This document shows, one piece after another, positions 57,285 to 64,000 of a stretch of 64,000 nucleotides of DNA. The stretch comes from a virus. The translations under genes were made by a program, and so were the position numbers. The notes under the pieces are model-generated. The model was not told the origin of the DNA and did no database searches. It worked only from the letters and a program-made list of their open reading frames with translations. Each line of letters begins with the position of its first letter. Position 1 is the stretch's first letter. The stretch spans positions 32,001 to 96,000 of IMG/VR virus record IMGVR_UViG_3300005077_000565; one strand, 5' to 3'.

Positions 57285-58012
57285 TACATGGCATGTAATG
57301 GGTAGTGTTGTTTAACACATCCATCCATATCAAACATTTCTGGTTTAAGTTTGATATACTTGGCAACACTGATGGCATAAAGATCATTAATGAATTCTTC
57401 AGCTAATGCATCGCAACGATCCTGTTGTTCTTGTGTAACACATAGTTCTTCTAGTTTTTTACGACCAATGCTGGAGTGGAATTTTTCATCACGAGCAATT
57501 TCTAAATATTTTTTAGCTAAAAACGGATCCTTGGCAGTACTGGCAATCATACTCCAGTTACGTGCAGCTCGACCCTCGCCGATAAAGTTATAGACTGCCT
57601 GTGCCAGTGGATCTGTTGCAGATTCATACTTGTCCATGAGTTGACTGGGGCCAACAATACCGGTCTGATTACGTTGTTTGATACGTTCGACATGCTGTTG
57701 AATATCAACCGGTGCACCTGTCAGATGCTCGATAATTTCTACACCAATTCTAAAATGTTTGGCTTCGTCCATGGCATGCTTACACAGCGTCCACATTTCT
57801 TCAGGTGTAGTATCATCTGAAAGATTGGATACACGACGTGCAACGCCAACACAATTGCCACGCTCATTGACCATACGTGGGATAAAATATTCAACTAGCT
57901 GGTCAGTGGTAGGGTTGGAATCAAAGAATGCCTTGACCCGTCCTTCAGAAAACTGAAATAGTGGTTCGCATTTTTGTTTTAATTTTTTAACATAATCTTT
58001 AGAATCAATCAT
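57284..58012 (-). CDS. Ferritin-like diiron protein
   Basis: E..DEAKH..E..DEKFH four-helix carboxylate/His pattern; AAGGA RBS. Confidence 0.7.
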   Translation of the reverse strand: MIDSKDYVKKLKQKCEPLFQFSEGRVKAFFDSNPTTDQLVEYFIPRMVNERGNCVGVARRVSNLSDDTTPEEMWTLCKHAMDEAKHFRIGVEIIEHLTGAPVDIQQHVERIKQRNQTGIVGPSQLMDKYESATDPLAQAVYNFIGEGRAARNWSMIASTAKDPFLAKKYLEIARDEKFHSSIGRKKLEELCVTQEQQDRCDALAEEFINDLYAISVAKYIKLKPEMFDMDGCVKQHYPLHAM

Positions 58013-58021
58013 CGTATATCC

Positions 58022-58474
58022 TTAAATTCTTAGAGCCACAAAAATATTTGGGCCGTATTCAACACCTTGGTTGACTACTTCTCCGACTTCGGTAAATCCA
58101 AAAGTCTTATATGCTGAAAGCGCATCTAATCGTGGTAGACTCCAGATCAGTCCGCATCCAGCCTCTATTGCAGATTGTTTAACAAAATTAAACAACAACT
58201 GAGCTACACCCTGTCGCCGATATTCGTCAAATACATATATTCCGCGACTACGGTAGTGCAATTTACTGGTCTGATGACAACTGTTTACCCCGATTATCCG
58301 GCCGTCTAATTCAGCAACTGAAAATCTCGCCGTGTATTTATTATAAATTTCGTTATCATATTCGCCTAGAAAACATAGACTGCTCATGGGACGTAAGTTA
58401 CGACTGTTGGGCCAGAGGTATTCACTCCAGACTGGCAGTACTTCGTTAAAACCAACTTCTTTAACCGTAATCAC
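58022..58474 (-). CDS. GNAT acetyltransferase
   Basis: RGIYV..EYRRQGVAQLL (acetyl-CoA motif A); YKTFGF. Confidence 0.85.
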   Translation of the reverse strand: MITVKEVGFNEVLPVWSEYLWPNSRNLRPMSSLCFLGEYDNEIYNKYTARFSVAELDGRIIGVNSCHQTSKLHYRSRGIYVFDEYRRQGVAQLLFNFVKQSAIEAGCGLIWSLPRLDALSAYKTFGFTEVGEVVNQGVEYGPNIFVALRI

Positions 58475-59136
58475 ATCAGACTCCGATACATATCTCTGAC
58501 AATTCTTTCAGTTAACCCAATATTAAACACTGCCAGTGTCATGTGATCATACATGCTAAACAGTGAATGTCGTTTGACAGTGTTCATCATGTACATACGC
58601 CCGTTTTCAAAATTTAAAATTTCTTTGTCTTGCCAGATGAAAAAACTAACATCTTTACGAAAGTTAATGGGCAAAATAATTCTGAAAGATGTGTTGTAGA
58701 TGGCGTCTCGGTGTGGTGGGAAATAACCACCGCGTGAGAGCCGTAAAAAATGGCTACGGAATAGTTGGTCGCCAATCAGCTCATTGAAAGGTTGAAAATC
58801 AGGAAGGCCGAGGCCAACTTCGGTCAGATGATGAAAATCATTTTCTATATAATGTGTGTTGTTGGCCTGGTTGTACTGCCGTATACTGTCCAGGCTGATG
58901 GGATCAATTAGACCACCATCAATGCTAGTATAGGGTAACCCATAGCGTGCGATACCACCATCGCGCTGGTTATACTTCTGCCAGCTGGATTCCCAGCGAC
59001 TGAGTTGATTAAGTAACCGATCAGGTTCAAATTTAAATTTAAGCGGTATTAAATCACCAAGAGTGAACAGTCGCTGATATAGATTATTTTTCTCTGGCCA
59101 GGCCTCGATCACTGATTGTTGTATTTGGTGCGCCAT
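58471..59136 (-). CDS. AspH-like 2OG-Fe(II) oxygenase
   Basis: GGYFPPHRD..G..Y..NT.K.HS (HxD...H triad). Confidence 0.75.
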   Translation of the reverse strand: MAHQIQQSVIEAWPEKNNLYQRLFTLGDLIPLKFKFEPDRLLNQLSRWESSWQKYNQRDGGIARYGLPYTSIDGGLIDPISLDSIRQYNQANNTHYIENDFHHLTEVGLGLPDFQPFNELIGDQLFRSHFLRLSRGGYFPPHRDAIYNTSFRIILPINFRKDVSFFIWQDKEILNFENGRMYMMNTVKRHSLFSMYDHMTLAVFNIGLTERIVRDMYRSLM

Positions 59137-59160
59137 GATATGATATTATTGGTATAACCC

Positions 59161-59219
59161 TATTTATAGAGTATTTACTATTTTACTTTACGTCATCAAC
59201 TATGTCAATAAAATAAATA
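59161..59219. promoter_or_regulatory. Divergent late-type promoter boxes
   Basis: TATAAATA on - (59168-59161) and ATAAATA on + (59213-59219). Confidence 0.5.
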
Positions 59220-59225
59220 ATTTTG

Positions 59226-59735
59226 ATGAACATTGATTCTGGAAAACGATATGCATTGACTGGACACACTGGGGGTATTGGTGCCCATCTATTCCAGCAT
59301 CTGCCAGCTGGCTCACTGGGATTCAGTAGATCCCTGGGTTATGATATAAATCGTCGCGCTGATCGTGATCGTATCATTGCTGAGTCTTCGGAAGTTGATA
59401 TTTTTATAAACAACGCATCTGATGGTTTTGGTCAAGTACAGTTGTTTGTTGAACTACTTCAGAACTGGCGTGATCAGGACAAAACGATAATAAATGTCGG
59501 TAGTCGCGTTGCCGAAATTATATTACCTGAACATCGTCTGGAACTAATGAAATACCAATCTGAAAAACTAATACTACGTGAAATGTCACTGCGTGTACCC
59601 AGTGGTATTCGGTGCCGGGTAAATTATCGATGGTTTGGTTATGTAGGCACTGAACGAATACTAAAAAAATATCCGCACTTTACTCCAGATAACTACATAA
59701 CAGTAGAGCAGGCCTGCGAAATAATACTATCATGA
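59226..59735 (+). CDS. Short SDR/Rossmann-fold oxidoreductase
   Basis: LTGHTGGIG, DIFINNA, IINVGS, Y...K; likely start ATG 59226. Confidence 0.7.
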   Translation: MNIDSGKRYALTGHTGGIGAHLFQHLPAGSLGFSRSLGYDINRRADRDRIIAESSEVDIFINNASDGFGQVQLFVELLQNWRDQDKTIINVGSRVAEIILPEHRLELMKYQSEKLILREMSLRVPSGIRCRVNYRWFGYVGTERILKKYPHFTPDNYITVEQACEIILS

Positions 59736-60325
59736 AATATTTTAAAAAATTAGACCTTCCAATATATCAGAATGTGTTGGGTGAACTAGAGCAATTGTTA
59801 AACTCTGGAAAAATAAATTGGGGGCGACAAAATCAAATTTGTCTAAATACCACAACAGATTTTCCAGACAGTTTTCTATTGGGCGCCGGTAGTCTGGAAT
59901 TTGACTGGTCCAAGGTCAATAATCAGACGGCACAGAGTGGTGTGGTAAAGCAATCGGTACCGCTCAAAGATGTTATATTAAACGAATCTGATTTCACTGA
60001 ATTGTGCCCGCAATTCGAGGGCACTGTTTTTGAAAAAATATATCATGATCTCAAGTCTAGATACCATCTTGGTAGGATCAGGATCATTAAATCAGAGCCC
60101 AAATCCTGCATGAGCTGGCATTATGATCGTACTCCTAGAATACATCTTCCCATCAAGACACAGGAAGGTTGTTTCATGGTCATCAATGATGAAGTTGCCT
60201 TCCTGGAAGCCAACACCTGGTGGGGTACTAACACTGTACTAAAGCACACTGCTTTTAACGGGTCACGGGCTAGTAGGATACACCTAGTGGCTGTAATATT
60301 AGACTGTGAATATGATAACTTCTGA
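59732..60325 (+). CDS. AspH-like 2OG-Fe(II) oxygenase
   Basis: SWHYD..RIHLPI.T..NT..HTAFN..RIHLV. Confidence 0.8.
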   Translation: MKYFKKLDLPIYQNVLGELEQLLNSGKINWGRQNQICLNTTTDFPDSFLLGAGSLEFDWSKVNNQTAQSGVVKQSVPLKDVILNESDFTELCPQFEGTVFEKIYHDLKSRYHLGRIRIIKSEPKSCMSWHYDRTPRIHLPIKTQEGCFMVINDEVAFLEANTWWGTNTVLKHTAFNGSRASRIHLVAVILDCEYDNF

Positions 60326-61010
60326 ATTAATACACGAACTTGACCTAGACCTTGACGCTTTTGAGTTCGATCCGGCCGCATTGTCAGTTCCAGAAAAGTC
60401 TAGAAGAACACTGCGCGGCGTTTCATTTTTAAGCGATACTGGTGAATCGACGTCGGGATTTAATTATACGCTGTCTATGTTCAAAGAAAATGAACAGGGC
60501 CAACGATGTTTTGATGTCGGTTATCTGAAGCAACATCAGATTAGGTCACCGAGAGCACATCGAACACCCACTGAATTGTATCATCTAGTAAAGCACAATT
60601 TTGACAAAATAGCAGCTCTGGGTATAGAACTATTCAGAGCTAGACTTAGTGTGATAGGACCCGGCCAGTCGATTCCGCGACATTTGGACTCAACTTCAGA
60701 AGGCGACTATTGTCTAAAGCTACACATACCATTGCGCACAAATCCCGATGCCTGGTTTATGTTTGACGAACATCAGTTTCATCTCAGAGAGAATCGTGCC
60801 TACATTGTCAATGTAGCGCCAGCACACTGGTTTGAAAATCGTGGCACTGTCGCCAGGTACCATATATTAGCTGATTGTATTGTAACAAATAAAAATCTAC
60901 CGTTTTATTGTGAACATTACAACCAACTAATAGAGTACTATGATGACTGGGATCGTCTAGTATTGTCAGATTCCGATCAAACTGAGTTTATTCAGAGGCT
61001 GGTACCTTGA
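60306..61010 (+). CDS. AspH-like 2OG-Fe(II) oxygenase
   Basis: IPRHLD..LHIPL.TNP..N..HWFEN..RYH. Confidence 0.8.
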   Translation: MNMITSELIHELDLDLDAFEFDPAALSVPEKSRRTLRGVSFLSDTGESTSGFNYTLSMFKENEQGQRCFDVGYLKQHQIRSPRAHRTPTELYHLVKHNFDKIAALGIELFRARLSVIGPGQSIPRHLDSTSEGDYCLKLHIPLRTNPDAWFMFDEHQFHLRENRAYIVNVAPAHWFENRGTVARYHILADCIVTNKNLPFYCEHYNQLIEYYDDWDRLVLSDSDQTEFIQRLVP

Positions 61011-61455
61011 GTGGGTCACCGACATTCTCAACAGCAATACCGAATACTGGTTTGAGTTCCTGAATAATGCGCTGTGGTTGATCAACCACCGACTGAATAA
61101 CAGCCGCTGCCTGTTCTGTAGTGAGTTCGGCAAACTCGTATGAAGCATTCAGGCCCACTGATTCAAAAGCAGCCAGATAATCATCTCTTTTAACTTCGGC
61201 AACAAACGCATCATGTGTTTCCGCGGAATCCCAGATATTGATCAGTTCTAGTTTGTTGTCAGCAACAATCACTGTTTTAGATCTGAACATGAGTCGATCT
61301 TTGTATTTCCTATAAGCCAGGTTATAGAGATTTTTAGAATCCTCATACAGCACAGGCTCCAGCATATTTTGGATTCTGTATTCTTCTTTGGTGAGATAAT
61401 TTGCAGCCCAGTCTGAAGTTGTGGTATGGACTGCTGACAGTTTTGACATAAACAT
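60988..61455 (-). CDS. Hypothetical protein
   Basis: AAGGAG RBS 9 nt upstream of the ATG; no confident motif. Confidence 0.6.
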   Translation of the reverse strand: MFMSKLSAVHTTTSDWAANYLTKEEYRIQNMLEPVLYEDSKNLYNLAYRKYKDRLMFRSKTVIVADNKLELINIWDSAETHDAFVAEVKRDDYLAAFESVGLNASYEFAELTTEQAAAVIQSVVDQPQRIIQELKPVFGIAVENVGDPLKVPASE

Positions 61456-61469
61456 TTATGTTTGCTCCT

Positions 61470-62009
61470 TTAAATTTTGTTGCCGTGTTTGAATATGTCA
61501 AACACCATAAACACGAAATCTTCATGACTATGATTCTTATATTCATGCGTCATGTACATGTTGAAATCCAGCAGGCAGTTTCCGAGTGTTGATGCATCAA
61601 AGGCACCATTGTCAATGACACATTCAACGCCTGCGGGTATATTTAAGTAAATTTGATAACGATGGCGTATTTTATCAGAAAATCCCAGTTGTTGGTCCTG
61701 GTGTGCATCAATACCACCCCCGGATGGTATACGGTGCCAGTAGGCCCGGCCATAGTCTAGTCCACCAGCGAATTTTTCAATCACAGCCCGACTCACCGGC
61801 ATCTGATCACTGCGATCAAAAGTAATATTGCATTCGCGGTCTATATTGCGTAGCCAGACAGTTTTTCCTGATCGTAGAGCCCCAGTACGTTCATATTCAC
61901 CAGTGAAGTGCGGTCGCCACCAGTTGTCTGGTACTGACATAATTTCATCAGTGATGGATTGCACTTCCTGATCGGAAAATTTATAAACTATTGTTGATGG
62001 GTATTCCAT
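61470..62009 (-). CDS. AspH-like 2OG-Fe(II) oxygenase
   Basis: GGIDAHQD..FN..HEYKN. Confidence 0.7.
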   Translation of the reverse strand: MEYPSTIVYKFSDQEVQSITDEIMSVPDNWWRPHFTGEYERTGALRSGKTVWLRNIDRECNITFDRSDQMPVSRAVIEKFAGGLDYGRAYWHRIPSGGGIDAHQDQQLGFSDKIRHRYQIYLNIPAGVECVIDNGAFDASTLGNCLLDFNMYMTHEYKNHSHEDFVFMVFDIFKHGNKI

Positions 62010-62011
62010 GG

Positions 62012-62677
62012 TTAAGCACGCAGACTTTTCGCAATTTCTGGATCCAGATCGTCGAAATGAAATCCAAAAATGGCCACCATGCGTTCCTGATCATCATGGT
62101 TGACCACACGATGACTCCATCCAGTGTTTATAAAATACATTTCACCGGGCTGCATTATCAGTGAATGCTCATCGGTTTTAGTCTTGAATTCAAATACCGA
62201 CCGAGTCGGTGTTAGACAAATTTGTGCTCGGCAGATCACACTGGGGTCGGTGTCAATATGCCAGTTGAGCTCATGATGGCCTTTCATCACTGAAATTCTA
62301 AATCTGTAGACATGCCGAAATATTTTAGCCAGCGTGGGTAAATTTTTAACTAGATCAGCGTCAGCCCATTCCGTGTAAAGGTATTCATCAACATCAGAAC
62401 CATGTACTTCTGGATCTCTGCGTTGTAGCAGAATTTGACGATAATTTTCATTGGCATTGAATACTTCTAGGTAGTGGCAGTGTTTGCTGATATTATATGC
62501 ATCAGACCCAAGATCATTACCAGTGTTGTTTTTACCCAGAGACACTAGATAATCTAACTCGTCTGCAGTGACAGTTGCCAGTTGCTTGTAGACTGCAAGC
62601 TCACGTCGTGATGGCCCAGTACCTTTAACACGCATTTTTTTTGTCTGCTCAATCAAACACTGTTCATTGTTTTCCAT
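62012..62677 (-). CDS. AspH-like 2OG-Fe(II) oxygenase
   Basis: NWHID..GEMYFINTGWSHRVVN..R. Confidence 0.8.
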   Translation of the reverse strand: MENNEQCLIEQTKKMRVKGTGPSRRELAVYKQLATVTADELDYLVSLGKNNTGNDLGSDAYNISKHCHYLEVFNANENYRQILLQRRDPEVHGSDVDEYLYTEWADADLVKNLPTLAKIFRHVYRFRISVMKGHHELNWHIDTDPSVICRAQICLTPTRSVFEFKTKTDEHSLIMQPGEMYFINTGWSHRVVNHDDQERMVAIFGFHFDDLDPEIAKSLRA

Positions 62678-63224
62678 ATCGTTTCTTCCATTCTTCTATA
62701 CTAATACTATTTAACCTAAGTGACCGTCCAGTGTAGCATACATTCTGCCAGCAATCTAGATGATCTCGCTGGCAGGTCTTTATCATATGAGGATGCACAT
62801 GCCAGTCTAACCCAGTGGCCAACTCCATTTTATTTCTAAAATTAACCATGGATTGTCTTCGACGTACATTTTCCATGGAAACAAACAGCGTGTGATATTC
62901 TGTATAATCCTGAAGTTGCCGCTGTACTAATCGCATACTCGGGCTGTAAAAATCATCGTTTTTTGGTAGTGTAGCGCGACGATATTCGGGAAATATAAAT
63001 GTCCTTGTCAGTACACGGTAACAGCCGGGATAAAATTCCTGGACTGTGGCAAATGCTGCCAGTATATCATCGTCCATTAAAAAATACCAGTTTTTATAAG
63101 ATCGATAGTTTTCCAGCAGTATTGGAAACCATCGTGCATTTCGATCAGTGTTGTTCTCCGCCAGGTCAGCCAGCACTGTTTCAAATTTTTTGTCACCAAA
63201 TTCTTCTAGAGTTATAACCTGCAT
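62664..63224 (-). CDS. GNAT-like protein
   Basis: AAFATV..YRVLTRTFIFPEYRR; likely start ATG 63224. Confidence 0.45.
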   Translation of the reverse strand: MQVITLEEFGDKKFETVLADLAENNTDRNARWFPILLENYRSYKNWYFLMDDDILAAFATVQEFYPGCYRVLTRTFIFPEYRRATLPKNDDFYSPSMRLVQRQLQDYTEYHTLFVSMENVRRRQSMVNFRNKMELATGLDWHVHPHMIKTCQRDHLDCWQNVCYTGRSLRLNSISIEEWKKRYGKQ

Positions 63225-63225
63225 G

Positions 63226-63888
63226 TTATTTTTCCAGTAGATGGTTTTCAACCCACTCGTCTCGAAGCACTGGACGTGTAACATACAGTGCTTGATCTAA
63301 CAGTAGACGATCAGTGTATTTTTTATCCTGCAAATTTCCGTGCCAGGGACTGCCCACGCATATAGTTATTTTTTCAATATCGCTGAGTTCTAAATGGTGA
63401 ACTTGCCCTCCATCCAGCACATAACATCTATGTTCTCTGCTGACTGGGTGATTCTTTAGTTCAGAGTCGACGAAGCAGAGTTTTTCTATTTCTCCCTGGA
63501 GTACAAACCGCCATTTATGTTGTATAGTGCCAACTTCCGATGGAGCGCAATCAATATGCAATGGTAACTTGTTGCCTGCAGGAGTTCGTAGTATAGTGAC
63601 TCTGCCCAGTGGTTCCATGAATGGAATAATCTGGTCTAGAACAAATTGTCTAAGTGTCGGACACTGGTCAGCCACTTCTGAAAAATCAAAAGAATCCTTG
63701 ACTGCTAGATTGATCTGGCCCAATCGCCCGCCGGGATTGAAAAACGAAAGCATGTAGCAGTTTCTAAAAGAATTAAAGTGCCAACGATCCGAATCCAGCG
63801 ACAGTAGTTCATCAAGCATGGCCTGTACCTGAGATTCAGTATAGTCTATCTGAAATGGGCAGTGGGCGAAGGAATAGGGGTCACGCAT
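63226..63888 (-). CDS. AspH-like 2OG-Fe(II) oxygenase
   Basis: LPLHID..YVLDGGQVHH..K. Confidence 0.65.
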   Translation of the reverse strand: MRDPYSFAHCPFQIDYTESQVQAMLDELLSLDSDRWHFNSFRNCYMLSFFNPGGRLGQINLAVKDSFDFSEVADQCPTLRQFVLDQIIPFMEPLGRVTILRTPAGNKLPLHIDCAPSEVGTIQHKWRFVLQGEIEKLCFVDSELKNHPVSREHRCYVLDGGQVHHLELSDIEKITICVGSPWHGNLQDKKYTDRLLLDQALYVTRPVLRDEWVENHLLEK

Positions 63889-64000
63889 TGTCAGTTTTGA
63901 TTAACTTAATAAACCAAGCTCCGAGATCAAAATGATACCAGCGACGTCCTATGCGCCAATTTTTGCCGTCCTCATGATGAAACTTATGATACCCTTCACC
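63881..64000 (-). CDS. 3' end of a membrane fatty-acid (delta-9-like) desaturase, truncated by the window edge
   Basis: Manual translation GEGYHKFHHEDGKNWRIGRRWYHFDLGAWFIKLIKTDNA*: third His box GEGxHxxHH plus R.G..W..D; not in the ORF track. Confidence 0.8.
   Translation of the reverse strand, partial: GEGYHKFHHEDGKNWRIGRRWYHFDLGAWFIKLIKTDNA

Noticed and set aside
766-63757. Numerous short ORFs in the track that are antisense or nested (e.g. 5310..5840, 40685..41149, 53821..54321)
   Set aside because: They are shadows of motif-bearing genes, with no motifs of their own
1-64000. Stop-codon reassignment as in some jumbo phages
   Set aside because: Genes tile densely and appear full-length under the standard code; TAA and TGA serve as stops, and no TAG-fragmented genes were evident

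Overview
This window appears to come from a large (jumbo-type) myovirus-like bacteriophage genome; the assignment is from motifs and gene order only, with no database search. Bases 1-20.5 kb are a baseplate and tail module: a gp5-like hub with a C-terminal M15 peptidase, a lysozyme-like protein, an HNH nuclease, gp25- and gp6-like wedge proteins, a 3501-aa giant baseplate protein and tail-fibre-like proteins, one carrying a (YGG)8 tract. From 20.5 to 51.6 kb is a very large, mostly co-oriented cluster of tailoring enzymes: 10 radical SAM proteins (11 CxxxCxxC domains), 4 glycosyltransferase-like proteins, 5 SGNH-like proteins, a carbamoyltransferase, 2 sulfotransferases with a possible PAPS supply (CysC, DUF2061, HxGH nucleotidyltransferase), a methyltransferase and a QueC-like PP-loop protein. 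Inside this cluster a GIY-YIG/NUMOD3 homing endonuclease seems to have split the nucleotidyltransferase gene, leaving a 13-codon stub and supplying a recoded N-terminus. From 51.7 to 64 kb is a second cassette: TctABC plus a signal-less DctP, an asparagine-synthetase-like ligase, a ferritin-like diiron protein, GNATs, six AspH-like 2OG-Fe(II) oxygenases and the 3' end of a fatty-acid desaturase. T4-like late promoter boxes (TATAAATA) recur, three of them exactly 5 nt before an ATG. No tRNA, rRNA or CRISPR array was seen.
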